Shown here: positions 1 through 12,000 of the stretch, in pieces
How the letters are laid out: every line of letters begins with the position of its first letter
How positions within the stretch are numbered: the first letter of the stretch is position 1
Source of the DNA: a virus
Lineage: Duplodnaviria > Caudoviricetes
IMG/VR virus record: IMGVR_UViG_3300017777_006778
Coordinates: 1 to 45,590 of that record
DNA: 45,590 nucleotides
Reading direction: 5' to 3' (one strand)
Position numbers and translations under genes: made by a program
The notes under the pieces: generated by a model
The model's database searches: none
Seen by the model: only the letters and a program-made list of their open reading frames with translations
Told to the model about the DNA's origin: nothing

Positions 1-9
1 GCCTTTCGT

Positions 10-3000
10 CTACCTGCCCCCGGTGATCCCGTTCCTCTCGGGCCGGATGCCTGCCGGCTTCGGCTGGATGCCGGTGGTCCCGCCCGGTGGCGGCGTAGGC
101 TCCACGTCGGGGAAGACCTCCGGCGCACCCTTCGCGGCGCCCTCGATGGCCTTGGCGTAGGCGCGCTGCCCGGCCGACCGCGCCGTCACCGTGGAGGAGA
201 TTGGCGCGGTGCTTACCCCGAGGAGCGAGAAAATCTCCACCACTCCGCCGGCGGCCTGGCGCGGGGCCGCGTCGACCGGATCTACCCCTGGGTAGTCGGT
301 CGCCACCTCCTGCTTGAGGCCGAGGCCGAACTCTTCGTCGACCGCCTGCGTCACCTCGAGCGCGAGCTCCGGCCCTACCGGCAGGTCCGCGCGGTCCATG
401 CGGTCGAGGATCGACATGCCCGTGGTGACGCCCGGGAGGAGAGAGCGGAACGCATCCCACTCCCGGAACCGCTTGGGGTACCAGTGAACGCCGACGCCCG
501 GCTGCACGTTGGAGTAAGGGTCGTTCGCCTTGTACGACGGGTAGAACCCAAAGAACTTGGAGAACACGCCGCCGGTTGCGCCCTGGTCCCAGGCCACGAA
601 GCCCGGGGGGATCTCGAAGTAGCGGGGGTCGCCGGCCGTGCGCTGCCGCCAGAAGCTGTAGTAGTCCTGCTCGCTCCCGGTGTTGACGGCCAGGTTGATG
701 CCCTGCTGGAAGAACGGATTGAGTCGAGACGCCATCCCCGGCACGTCGAGGCCCGCCACGTCGAGCAGGAGGTTGAGCGCCGTGCTGGTCGGAGGCTCCG
801 GCATCATCATCTTGAGCTTTGCCGTGTTTCCGCTGTTCGACACGTCGAGGTAGCCGTCGTTGGAGATGCCCGGGATAGGCAACGCCGGGCGCCCCTGCGC
901 GTAGTCGGGCACCGTCTCGCTCTCGTCGTCGGCCGCGCCGGACACCTTGTCCTGATCGCGCATGAAACGGACCATGCCGAGCACGCGGTCGGGGTGCTTG
1001 TAGAGCGCCCACACGGCAAGGTCGATCGCGCGCCGTTGGTACATCCAGAACATCACGCCCTGATTGACGAACTTGTCCAGGTTCGCTGCGTTCGTGTAGT
1101 CGAACGTCGTGAGCAACGTGCGCTGGACGGCCGTGGCCATGTCCATCCCGTCCTCGAGCGAGCGGATGAGGATGGCGTAGCGGAAGTAGAGGTCGATGCT
1201 CTCGTAGAATACGCGGTAGTTGTTGGCGATCTCGTTGTCGCCGTAGACCTTGCGGAAGAGGGCGCGGGCCTTTGCGTTCGGCGATGCCGTCGGCTCGGTG
1301 TCGACGATCTTCTGGATGCGCTCGGCCGCGCCAGAGAGGGTCTCGTAGTTGGCCTGCGTGCCGTTGAGCCCGCGCGCCTGGGCCTCGCGGACGATGTCGC
1401 CGACGGTGAAGATGCGGCCGTCACGCGTGACGATGACGCGCTGCTCCGCGTCGGTCTTGCCGCCGCCGAGGAGCATGCCTGCGGCCGACGTGGCGGCGGC
1501 CACCACGTTGTTGAGGCCGGTCAGCCGCACCGACTCCCGCACCGCAACCTGCGCCGAGCGCACGATACTGGGCGAGGCAAGCGTCCGAATCGTGTCCGCT
1601 GCGCCGATGCCGAGCATGGCCTGGAGGTGTGCTCCCATGAAGTTGGTGGCGTAGCGCATGGTCGGCGGCAGCCAGGTCATGGCGTAGAGCCCGCCGACCA
1701 CCATCGTCGTGATCGGCACCGAGCCCGAGATCAGGAGCGCGCCCGCGCCCGCGACGAGCGGCGCGACAAGCGTGGGGCCGCCTGCGATGAGGTGCTGCGC
1801 GATCATGCGCTTGGCCTCCGCGTAGGCCCGAAGCGCCACGGCCGCCTTGTCGCGATCCTTGACCAGGGCCCCGGCGAAGAACTCTCCCACCGGGGCGTTC
1901 GTCTCCAGAAGGCCCTCAAGCTCGGCCGCCAACTCCGACGGGAAGAGAGCGTCGCGTCCGATGCGAGACGCGCCCAGGCCCGTGGCCTCCGTCGCCACCT
2001 GCGGGTTGTCGAGTACGGCGCTGAGGTTGATCTGGCCGTTGGTCGCGTCCTTGGCCGCGTTGATGACGTTGAAGTCCGCGGCGCCCAGGCCCTTGTGGAT
2101 GCCGGCGCGCTCCACGCCCAGGTCGGGGATGAGTCGCCAGCGCGCAATGAGGTCGGCGGCCGCGCGGCGCACCTCCGGCGTCATGGTTGTCGGGTTGACC
2201 TTCCCCTCCAGGAAGGCACCGCGAAACTCCCCGTTCGGCCCGAGAGTGTAGTTGCCTGCGGCGATCTCCTCGACGGTCGCACCGACGTACCCGCCGACAA
2301 GCTCTACGTCCTTGCCCGTGAGGATCTGCTTGATCGCAGTGTGCACGTCGGAAGCGAACTGCGCCACGGCCTGCACGTCTCGCGGCGGCCCGTTGGGGTC
2401 GACCGACTCGGCAAGTTGCCGCGCAGTGATGACGTAGTCGCGATCAATGAGCCGGTCGATGAAGTCGTCGATGAGGGTGCCGACGTACTCGCGCGCGACG
2501 ATCTCGAAGGACCACCGCTCGACCTCGACCGCCGTGCCGACGCCGAGCACCTGCTCCACGAGGTTGGCGACGGACCCAGGCTGGCGCGGAGCGTTCCACC
2601 AGTCCACGCCGTTCACCACGCCGCGGTGCCAGGCCGTGTAGGCGTCGAGCTCCACGCCGCTGTACTCGCCGCCCTTGATGATGTTGGCGACCTTGTCCTT
2701 GCCGCCGCTGGCGCCGGAGGCCGCGCGAAGCACCTCGACCCCGCGCGCCTTCGCCGCGTTGAGCGCAGCGTGCATTTTGAGGAAGAGGTGCCCGGCGTCT
2801 TCGCGAGTGATCGCGGGCGGGTTCTGCATGAGGCGCGCGAGCACGTCGACCGTCTCCGCGTCGAGGCGGTGGCCGCCGTTTCCGATGAGCGTGCGCTGCA
2901 CGAGGTCGCGCCGTTGCACGATCTCCTGGACGGTGACGGGGGTGACCCGGGGCTGGTCGCGGCGCACGCGTTGCGGAATCGGCGCGGCGGTCACGGGCGG

Positions 3001-6000
3001 GGCCGCTGCCGTGTAGAGCCAGGCCCGCAGAGCGGGCAGGTCGTTGAGGTCGACGATGGGGATGCCGGCACGTCCGGCCACGGCCGCCATCGCGGCCGAC
3101 GCCCGGCCAGGCCCGCCCAGGCGCCGGTCGGCCGTGGTGAGGTCTTCGATGCGGCTGGCGATCTCGGCCTTTGCGCCCTGCACGCGGCGGCGTAGGACGT
3201 TGAGCTCGGTCTTTACCCACTCCGGCATGTTCGGATTGCGGGCCTCAATCGGCAGTACATCGAAGGCAAGGTTGGTGAGCGCGTCGTTGATCCTGCCCTT
3301 GATTGTGTTGAGCGGAACCGTCTCCGGCGCCTGCCCGGTCTCGGAGATGCCAGGCGTGAGCGGGGACGCGCGGTGCTTCGTCAGCCACCACATGAGGTAG
3401 GCGCCCGTGCTGTACTGCTCGAGCTTGGCCTCGTAGGACATGGAGCCCGAGCGCGCGTCCTTGAGCGCGTCGACCACCGTGTTCCAGTGCGCCGTGGTGA
3501 GGTACTGCTGGAGGTCTGGCACCTGCATGATGCGAAGGTTCGGCGGAAGGTCGGAGGCCCACCCGCTCTGTACAAGATGGTCGATGAGGATGCGCACCCG
3601 GGTGGCCTGCACCACGTCAAGGTTGAGCGTCGTGGCCGCCGTCGTTGTCGAGGCGACTCCGCCCACCGGCGCGCCAGCATCCCGGCGGCGCTGAGCGACA
3701 AGCTCGGGCAGGTCGCCGAGCATCTGGTTGACGCGGGCCTCGATGCCAGCGAGGCGCGCGCGGGGCACAGACGTGCGATGCCCGTTCTTGACGTAGTCCC
3801 AGGACCCGCGGTCCCGGAGTTGCTTTGCGCCGATGTGCGACTGAATGCGCGCCTGGAGGTCAATCGCGTCGTAGACGGTCTGGTCGGGCCGGTAGCCGAG
3901 CGCGACGTTGAGCTCCTCGCGGGTCATGTTCGGCTTGGCGCGGTAGCGGCGCGCCTCGAAGCCGTAGGGGTTTGCCGGGTCGACGGAGGCGGGCTCGGCG
4001 GCACGGCCAACGATCGACGCCTCCTTCAACGCGGACGGGCTGCGTTCCACCTGCCGCGACGGGGCTCCGACGGGGGCGCCAGCGGCGGCAGCGCGGACGC
4101 CGGGGCCGGTCGCCCGCGCGTAGTCCTGGTGCTGGGCGAGGCGGTCTACGCCGTCAGTTCCTTCGGCAGCCCCGCCTCGAGCTCCCCCGGCATCGGGTCC
4201 GGCGGGCCCTCTGACCCGAACGCGAAGGTCAGGTACCTCTCCCTGGAAAGAGGAATCCCACGCGCCCGCATCCACTCGACGAGCGGATCTGGCCCAGTCA
4301 GGGGGAGAGATTCCGTCGGCGAGGCGGAGGATTTCAGCACGGGCGTCGTCAAGGGAGAGCTTCCGGTTTCGGTACGCATTCCACACCGCCGCAGTGGAGT
4401 CAAGGTTTTTGGACTGCGACTTGAACGACGCCGTAAACAATCCGCGCGACGCCTCCCAGGTGATCGACTGGAGCTCGCGCGGCAGCACGCCGCGCTTCTT
4501 TGCCGCGCGCCGATACGCCTCGGCGTAGATCCCGTAGGTGCCCTTGGATCCGAACACCGAACTGCTCGACGCGCCGCCGGATCCGAAGTTGTGGAGAACC
4601 TCCGGAGAGGTTCCGCTCAAGGGCCGGAGCAGGGCCGACGCCACGGCATGCGTGTCAATCGTTACGTCGCCATGCGTGCTTGCCGGATCGAACATGTTGT
4701 TGTAGAAGTTCCTGACCTTGTGCTGCTCGCCGAGCTTTGCACTCACGTTGGCGATTGCGCCGTCGCCGTAGATCGCGACCGCCTTGGCGATGTCGGGGAA
4801 CGGGCTCCACGCCACGCTGCTGCGGGTCTTCCCGTCCCCGTTCATCGCCCAGCCGGTGAACGCCCCCTCCGGGTCGGACACGCGGTACGAACGCGGGTTG
4901 TACGTCTGGTCGTACACGCGGATCCACACGGCTTTGTCGTAAACGTCAGCGAGCTCGCCGAGAGAGCGCCCTGCCGTCCCGCTAATGAACTCTGCGTATT
5001 CCGGGCCCAGAATGCGGTTGGCCGTGGCCGTCATCGCGTCATCCCACGGAACGTCACGCTTCGTCGTGAGCGTATCCATGACGCGCTCCGCAAGACTGAC
5101 GTTCATGTACCAGTCCTTTTGCGGAGAGAGCACGGCAATCATGCCGGCCACCTGCACGTCGGTCAGCGCGTAGCGCTCGCTCCACCGGTCTACGATAGCG
5201 CGCGCGCCGTCGTACCACCGACGACTGCGCTCGCGCGTTTCCGCCGGGACCTGGTCGTAGAGCCAGACGAGGTTGTCCGCTACGTGCGCGATGAACGCCT
5301 CGGCTTGAGCGTCGACCGAACCGCCGCCCTTGATAGGCCTGCTGTTGGGGTAGGCGTCGATCAGGTCCATGTTCTTGGCGAACGCGACGGAATCCATCTT
5401 GGCGGCGTCCAGGCCGACGAGCAGCATGGACTCCAGCGGGTTCTCCAGCGCCTTCTTGGCGGTGGGCACCCGCGTGCTCACGCGTTGGTAGAGAACGTCA
5501 GACCGCTCCAGCAACGGTCCAAACACGGCCTGCGTGAGCGCCGGCGGCATCCCGTTCCCGATGATCGTCGTGGCGGTGACGCGCGACGCCGGGAGCGCGT
5601 AGCTGTCCGGCAGCCCGGTGATGCGCGCCATGGCTCGCGGGGTCACAACCTTCGCTTGGCCGCCCGGCAGGATGATGATGTGGCGCTCCTTGGGCGTGGC
5701 CTTGATCGTCGGGGCAGGGCCGCCGGCGATGGCGTAGGGGACGTTTCCGCTATTGACGCTGCCGCCCATGACGATGAGGGGCTTCGCGGGCGAGCGCCAC
5801 TCGATGCCCATACCGTCCAGCCTGGAGGCCATCCAGGGCGGGACCGAGGCGTCGGGGAGGGTGTCGGCCACGTCCGACACGGTGCCCCACCAGTCGGCCG
5901 CCGGCACCTTCGTCGGGGGCGGCGGCAGGTCGCCGTCGCGCACCGCGCGGAGGAGCATGCGGGTCCGGACGGTCGGCGCGCCGTAGTCGGCCGCGTTGTA

Positions 6001-9000
6001 GTTGGCCACGTCCCAGGTGTACGCCTGGCGGGTGAGCTCGTCGGTGACGGCGCGCATGGCGTCCGACTTTTCGTAGGCCGCGACGTTCTCGAGGGTGAAC
6101 ACGCGCGGACGCACCTGCGCCAGCGCGCGCGCCGTGGCCCGCGCGGTCTCCATGTCCAGCGGCTGCTCGCCGTTCACGAGCGACTTGGCGTCGGTGAAGT
6201 TCTTGCACACCGGCGAGGCGTGTAGGTACTCGGCCCCTTCTGCTCCGGAGAGGTCAACGTCCTGCACGCGCTCTACGCGGACGTGGTCTCCGTGCACGGT
6301 GCGGTAGTGCTCGCCGATCGCCTTGTCGGACTCGACGGCGAACATCGGCGTGATGAGCCCTCGCAGCCCTTCCTCAACGAGGCCTCCGCCGGAGAACAGG
6401 GTGGCCGTACGGACGGGGCCAGTGCGCTGGTAGAGGATGTCCGGGTCCGTCATGTCGAACGTGCCGCGATTCCCCGTGGCCGACTTCACCTGCTCCGGCG
6501 CAAACACTACCCAGTGATCGGTCCATCCTGCGTACCGTGCGCCACGGCTTGCGAAGACCTGCTCCGCGTCGATGACGATCCCGTCGAACCCGAGGCGGCG
6601 GTACACGTCCTGGAGGAACTGCCCCGGTCCCGAGTTGTCGCCGTTCTCCGTCATCCAGTTGCCACCGCCGATCGAGCGCGCGATCCGCTCAAGTTCGGCT
6701 GCGCTGACCGTTCTGTCGGACGCGTCCAACGAGCCGATGATCTCACCCGCCAGACCCTGCCCGCTGTATCCAGCGGACACGGCTTCGATCGCCGACACGG
6801 CATCCGACATCTTGATGCTCGTGACCTGGCCGGGGCGTAGATCCAGCGGCTTGGCCACATGCAGGTAGACCGGCATGACGGCGCCGTTGTTGGGCCCCGC
6901 CACGTCTTGCTCTGCGGCCCAGCCAGCCACCTCCAACAGGAGGGCTTCTCCCGCTGCGCTGTATTCGGGGTCGGCCACGGCCTGTTCAAGACGAGCGGTA
7001 TCTGCGGCACGACGTGGATGTGCTGCCGACCACCTGGCCACCAAGGCAGCGGCAGCGTCGTCGTCGTCCCAGGCTGACATCCACTCCTCTGCGCGGAGGT
7101 CGATCCGAGCAGAGATGTCCGGCCCCATCCGCGTCGCGTAGTGGTCAGATGCGTCCTGCGCCGACGTCGTGAAGTACGCGCCGCGGCCGTGGTGATTCGC
7201 CTCCGTCCCGCTGGTCTCCTTGAACTCCGTGAAGTCGTGAGTGGTGCCGTGGTACACGCGGAGCGGCGCTCCGTTCCCGTGCACAACCTTCGAGGCGCCA
7301 AACCACTTCTTGAACGCAGGCAACGTCACCTGCGTCTGGTTCGACGGGGTCCAGACGTCGAACCCCTCCAGAGGGCCGCCCGGCGCAACGGCAGCCATCG
7401 CCTCCGCCTGGGTTGCAAAGGTCGCTTCGACCGCGTCGCCGTCCAGGCCTTCTACGATGCCCTGGCGGTATCCCACCAGGAACGGACCCTCAGCCGACTC
7501 CGCCATCAGCGTGTCGCCCTGCCGCGCCTTCGGCCGGCGCGGGTCCATGTCCGGCGCGACCGAGATCAAGCGGCCGCGCAGGGGGCGCCGCGCGTCTTGA
7601 ACGATGCCCTCCAGGTTGCCGGCCATGAGGTCTTCCACGATCGCGGGCACGGCGTCGATGCCGAACCACGCCACAATGCGGGCCCTCATCTTCTCGAGCA
7701 TGAAGCGCGCGGCGTCCATGACGGAGAGGGTTGCCGCATCCCACTGGTCGAGGCGCTTCTTTGCGTGGTCGGCGAAGCGCTCGGCGAACCACTCGTCCAC
7801 GTCTGTCCAGCGGTAGGAGCCGGAGTTGCCGCGGCCTACGTCGGTGAGGTGGCCGTTTGCGTCGAACCAGGTGGGATTGGCCTGGATCGCGGCGCGCCGC
7901 TCCTTGATGTACTGGCGGAGCAGGTTGGCCGCCTTGTCCTTCGGAAGCCACTGCGAGATGCGGTGGCCGATCTCGTGAGCCAGCGTGCGTGACGACACGC
8001 CCTTTTCAAAGGCGGACTTGGCCAGGGTGAGCACGTCGTTGGCGAAGTCGTAGGACCCCAGGGCGTTGCCCTTCTTGCCGACCTTCGCGCTGAGTTTGAA
8101 CTGCCCCCCGTTCAACGGGTGCCCCAGCATCTTCATCAACCGCAGCGCGTCGTCGACGTCGGTGTCGATGGCGACGCCGAACCGCTCCTCGGCAGAGAGT
8201 CGGGCGCGGATGGCGTCAGTGCCGGTGCGCTCGCTCCGCATAGGCGGGGCCGCGCGGACCTTCCTGGTCTCGTTCTCGAGGGTAACGCGCAGGATGTCCT
8301 CCGCGTCATAGAGCGCGTCACGCATAGCCACGGCGTCGCGCTCGTCGGAGAAGAACCCCGTTCGTCCGTACTGGTCGACGGCGTCGGCCTCCCGCCGGGC
8401 GAGCATCTCGATCCTCTTCACGATGGGGCGCACGCGCTTCTGGAGGCGCGCGGCGCGCTCGGGCCCAAGCTCCGGGTTCTGCTCCTCAAGCGCGGCCATG
8501 GCGTTGTCGACCAACCGGCTGGCGCGGCGCACCGACACCGGGGGCATCGGATCGTCGCGCTGGTAGAGGATGTTCGGGTCGTTCGGGTCGAAGGTGCCGC
8601 GGTTGTTCTGCGACTTCACCTGCTCGGGCTCGAAGGCGATCCAGACGCGGTGGGGGTCGGTGGCGGTGCGAGCGCCGCCGATGTGCGTGAAGCCGTCGTA
8701 CCCAGCGTCGCGCAGGATCGCGTTGATCTCGCTCTTGTCGATCACCCTCGACAAGGCGTAGTACACGTCCTCACCGGAGACCAAGACATGCGCGTCGGTT
8801 GCCTTGATGGCGTCATCAAGCGTTCCAAACGTCGTGCCATTGCGGACAAACGCCGAGCGATAGCGGCCGTCCACCGACTTCATCACGGGCCACCCGTTGA
8901 CCATCCAGGTGGTCGCCGAGACCTGCTTGACGCTGTGCTTGAGTACGGCCTTGATGGCGTCGACCTCTTGCGGCGCAAGGCGTTTCGCGGCGGCGTTTTC

Positions 9001-12000
9001 GATCGCATCCCGTACCGCGCCCGGCACCGCTGCGTCGAGGTCGAACGGGCGCTGCATGGAAAGGTACACTGGGAGCACCCCAGCTCCGCTCCGAGTCGGC
9101 TCGCGGTACCCTTCCAGAATGGCATCTGCTTTGGCGTACTGGGCCGGCGTAGCCCACGTCTCATTGCGTACGTCCTGCGTACGCTTTAGCTCCTTGAGCG
9201 CATTCTTGAAATGAAGGATACGGCCGGATTCTGGGAAGTTGCTGCCGTAATACCCCAGTTGCCACTTGACCTGCGGGTGCGACCCAAGCGCCTCGACGAC
9301 TACACGCTCTACGTCGGGCCGTGCAGCCGGCTCAATCACCTCGTCCCACTCCGGCATCATGCCCTGCTCAATCTTGGCATAGCCCTCACTCTTCACGGTG
9401 CCGGATTCATCTTCCCATCCACCCGCTACGCGGGGGTCCTCCGTGAAGTAGAGCCCCGGCCCAAAGAGAGCGTTGTTGTCCATCTTCTCCTTGGAGAAGG
9501 TGTCGAACCCGGCGCGCGTCGAGCCGTGAAAGACGATCTTGGGCTTACCCGTGTCCGGATCCACCACCTTGCTTTCCTTGAACCAGCGTTTGAACGCGGG
9601 CAGGTCCGGGTTGGTGAGCGGAGCGGTGGCCTCGTCCGGGAGGTCGGGGAGGATGTCGGACTGGAAGAAGCGGGTCGGCGGCGCCGCGGAAGGCGCGGCC
9701 GCTGGATCGATGACCACGGTGCCCTTCTCAAGCAACGCCCCAGCGAGCGAGTAGCGCGCGGGCTGCATCACGCGCTGCACCTCGGAGAACCGAGCGGGCG
9801 GCGTGGTGGAGGTGAAGGCCCCCTCGACGTTCTCGTACGTCAGGTCGAGGGGAATGACGTGGAGCTCGTTGCCGATCTGCTTGGACACGGTGCCCGCGGG
9901 GAGTCCCGCCCGCCCCGGCTCCCATCCCTGCTTGCGTAGGGCGTCGACCGAGACGATGCCACCGTTCTGCTGGGCGTAGTCGTAGTAGGCCCCGGCCGGG
10001 GCGCCGCGCTTCACGGGCGCCACCGCCGGTAGCGGGGCGTCGTCCTTGAACGTGGAGAGCGTTGGCGGTCCCGCCGGCTGGGCGGGGGGGCTCGCCTCGG
10101 GCATCGGACCAGCGGCGGCGGTGGCCTCGGCCACGCGCTGCTCCACGCGGGCCAGCATCGCCTCGGCGTACGGCAGGCCGCGCCCGCCCAGGCGCTTGTA
10201 GACGGTCTGGCGGATGCGGGAGTCCGAGATGCCGGCCTTCTCCTTCATCAGCGTGGAGGCCCAGTCCTTGAGCGCGGCCCGCTGCGCCTTCGGCTCCAGC
10301 GTGCGGATGCGCTCGATCTCCACGCGCGCCCAGGCGACGGTCTCCGGCGTCCAGGCCACCGTGGTCTCTGCCTCCTGGGACTTCTCCGGGAGCGCGGCCG
10401 CATCAGGGGTGGTCGGCTCGACTGCGGCAGGCTTCCGCTCGGCGGCGATGTCGAGGCGGCGCTCCACCTCGCGGAGCTCCGCGGCGACGCCGGGGTCGTC
10501 GTCGCTCTCGGCGAGCGCTTCGATGAGGCGGTCGCGCTCGTCAAGCAGGGCGGTGTCGCGCTCACGCTTTGCGGCGACGAACTCCTCGGGCATCGCCTCG
10601 GGCGCGGCCACCGGCGGAGGCGCGGCGGCGGGTGCGGGCGTGGCAGGCTTCGCCTTCGAGGCCGTCGGCTTCGCGATCACCGCGCGCGGGTTGGCCATGT
10701 TGATCGGGGGCGCCATCTCCTCGCCGCGGAGGGCGGCGGCGATGCGGTCGACGAAGCCTGGCATCACCCGCTCGAGGGTGCGGCGGCGATCCTCCTGGGC
10801 CGTGTCGCGCTCACCCGCCGCACGGGCGCGCTCGGCACGCACCGCGTCGGCCTGGGCAACCGACTCAGGGGAGGCCTTGCCCTGCACCGGCTCCGGCGAG
10901 GGCAACACGGTGCCCGACGGGGCCGGGCGCGCGCCGTCGGAGCGAACCCGCAGGTGCTTGTCGAACAGGCTGCGCGTCTCCACCGCCACGTCGTCGAGGA
11001 CGCCGTCGGCGTAGATGCCGGCGAGCACCTCGGACACGGCCCGGAAGATGCGATTGAGCCTGGCAAGGATGGCGCCGATGACGCCATCGCCCACGTTGGC
11101 CCGCACGAATCCGTCGCGGAGATAGGCTTCATACTGGCGGGCGAACCACTCCTCGGCCTCGACCGTCCACCGGCCCTGGGCGTCGGTGAATCCCTCGCGC
11201 CCCTTCACGTAGGCGTCAACCCCCGCCATCTCGGCCGGCTTGATGAGCCGGCGGAGCAGGTGGCCGCTCTCGTGAAACACGGTGGAGAGGTCGGCCGTGG
11301 CGCCCAGCGCCACGATGGCTTCTCCGTCCCGCAAGAAGTCGGTGAAGTCGATGTAGCCCTTCGTGTCGGGGGCAAGGTCTTCGCCCTTGAAGCGCATGCG
11401 GCTGTAGAGGTCGTCCGCCTTCTCGAGTACGCCGGTACGAACAAGGCCCTCGGCCATGCGGTCCATCACGGCCAAGTAGAGGTCGACCTCGGCCGGCGTG
11501 TAGGCCACCTGCTTGCGCTCGGCCATTGACCGGAGCGCGTCACGCACGCGCTGGCGCGCCGTCGGCGCCTTGTCTGCCACACCCATCGACGGCGGGCGCG
11601 CCTTGGCGAGCTCCGCCTCTGCGTAGCGGACGGCTTCACGGAACGCGCCCTCGGCGTTCCGCAGCTTGATGGCTGCCTGCCGGAACCCCGCCGCCGCGCG
11701 CTTGGCCTTGTCGATGACCTTGACGGGCGGCATCGGCATGGCGGCGAGCTCGCTGACCTTGGCGAGGAGGAACGCGTCCGGCGAGACGCCGTCCGGCACG
11801 TTTACGTCGAGCCCGTACTCCTTGCCGATCGTGGTGAGCATGCCCTCGACGGATCCCAGGCGAGACGTGAGCACCTTGCGCGCGCTCGCCACCTGCTCGG
11901 CCGGCGCGTCAAGCGTGTCCAGCGCCACGCGTACGGCGCGCTGGTAGCGGTTCGGCGTTCCGGTGCCCTGGTAGTCGCCGGTCAGGGTGGCCAGCGGAGA

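Noticed and set aside
484-6225. Long plus-strand ORFs (903 aa and 950 aa) opposite the giant gene
   Set aside because: In-register antisense shadows of a high-GC gene; R/G/V/H-rich with no motifs.
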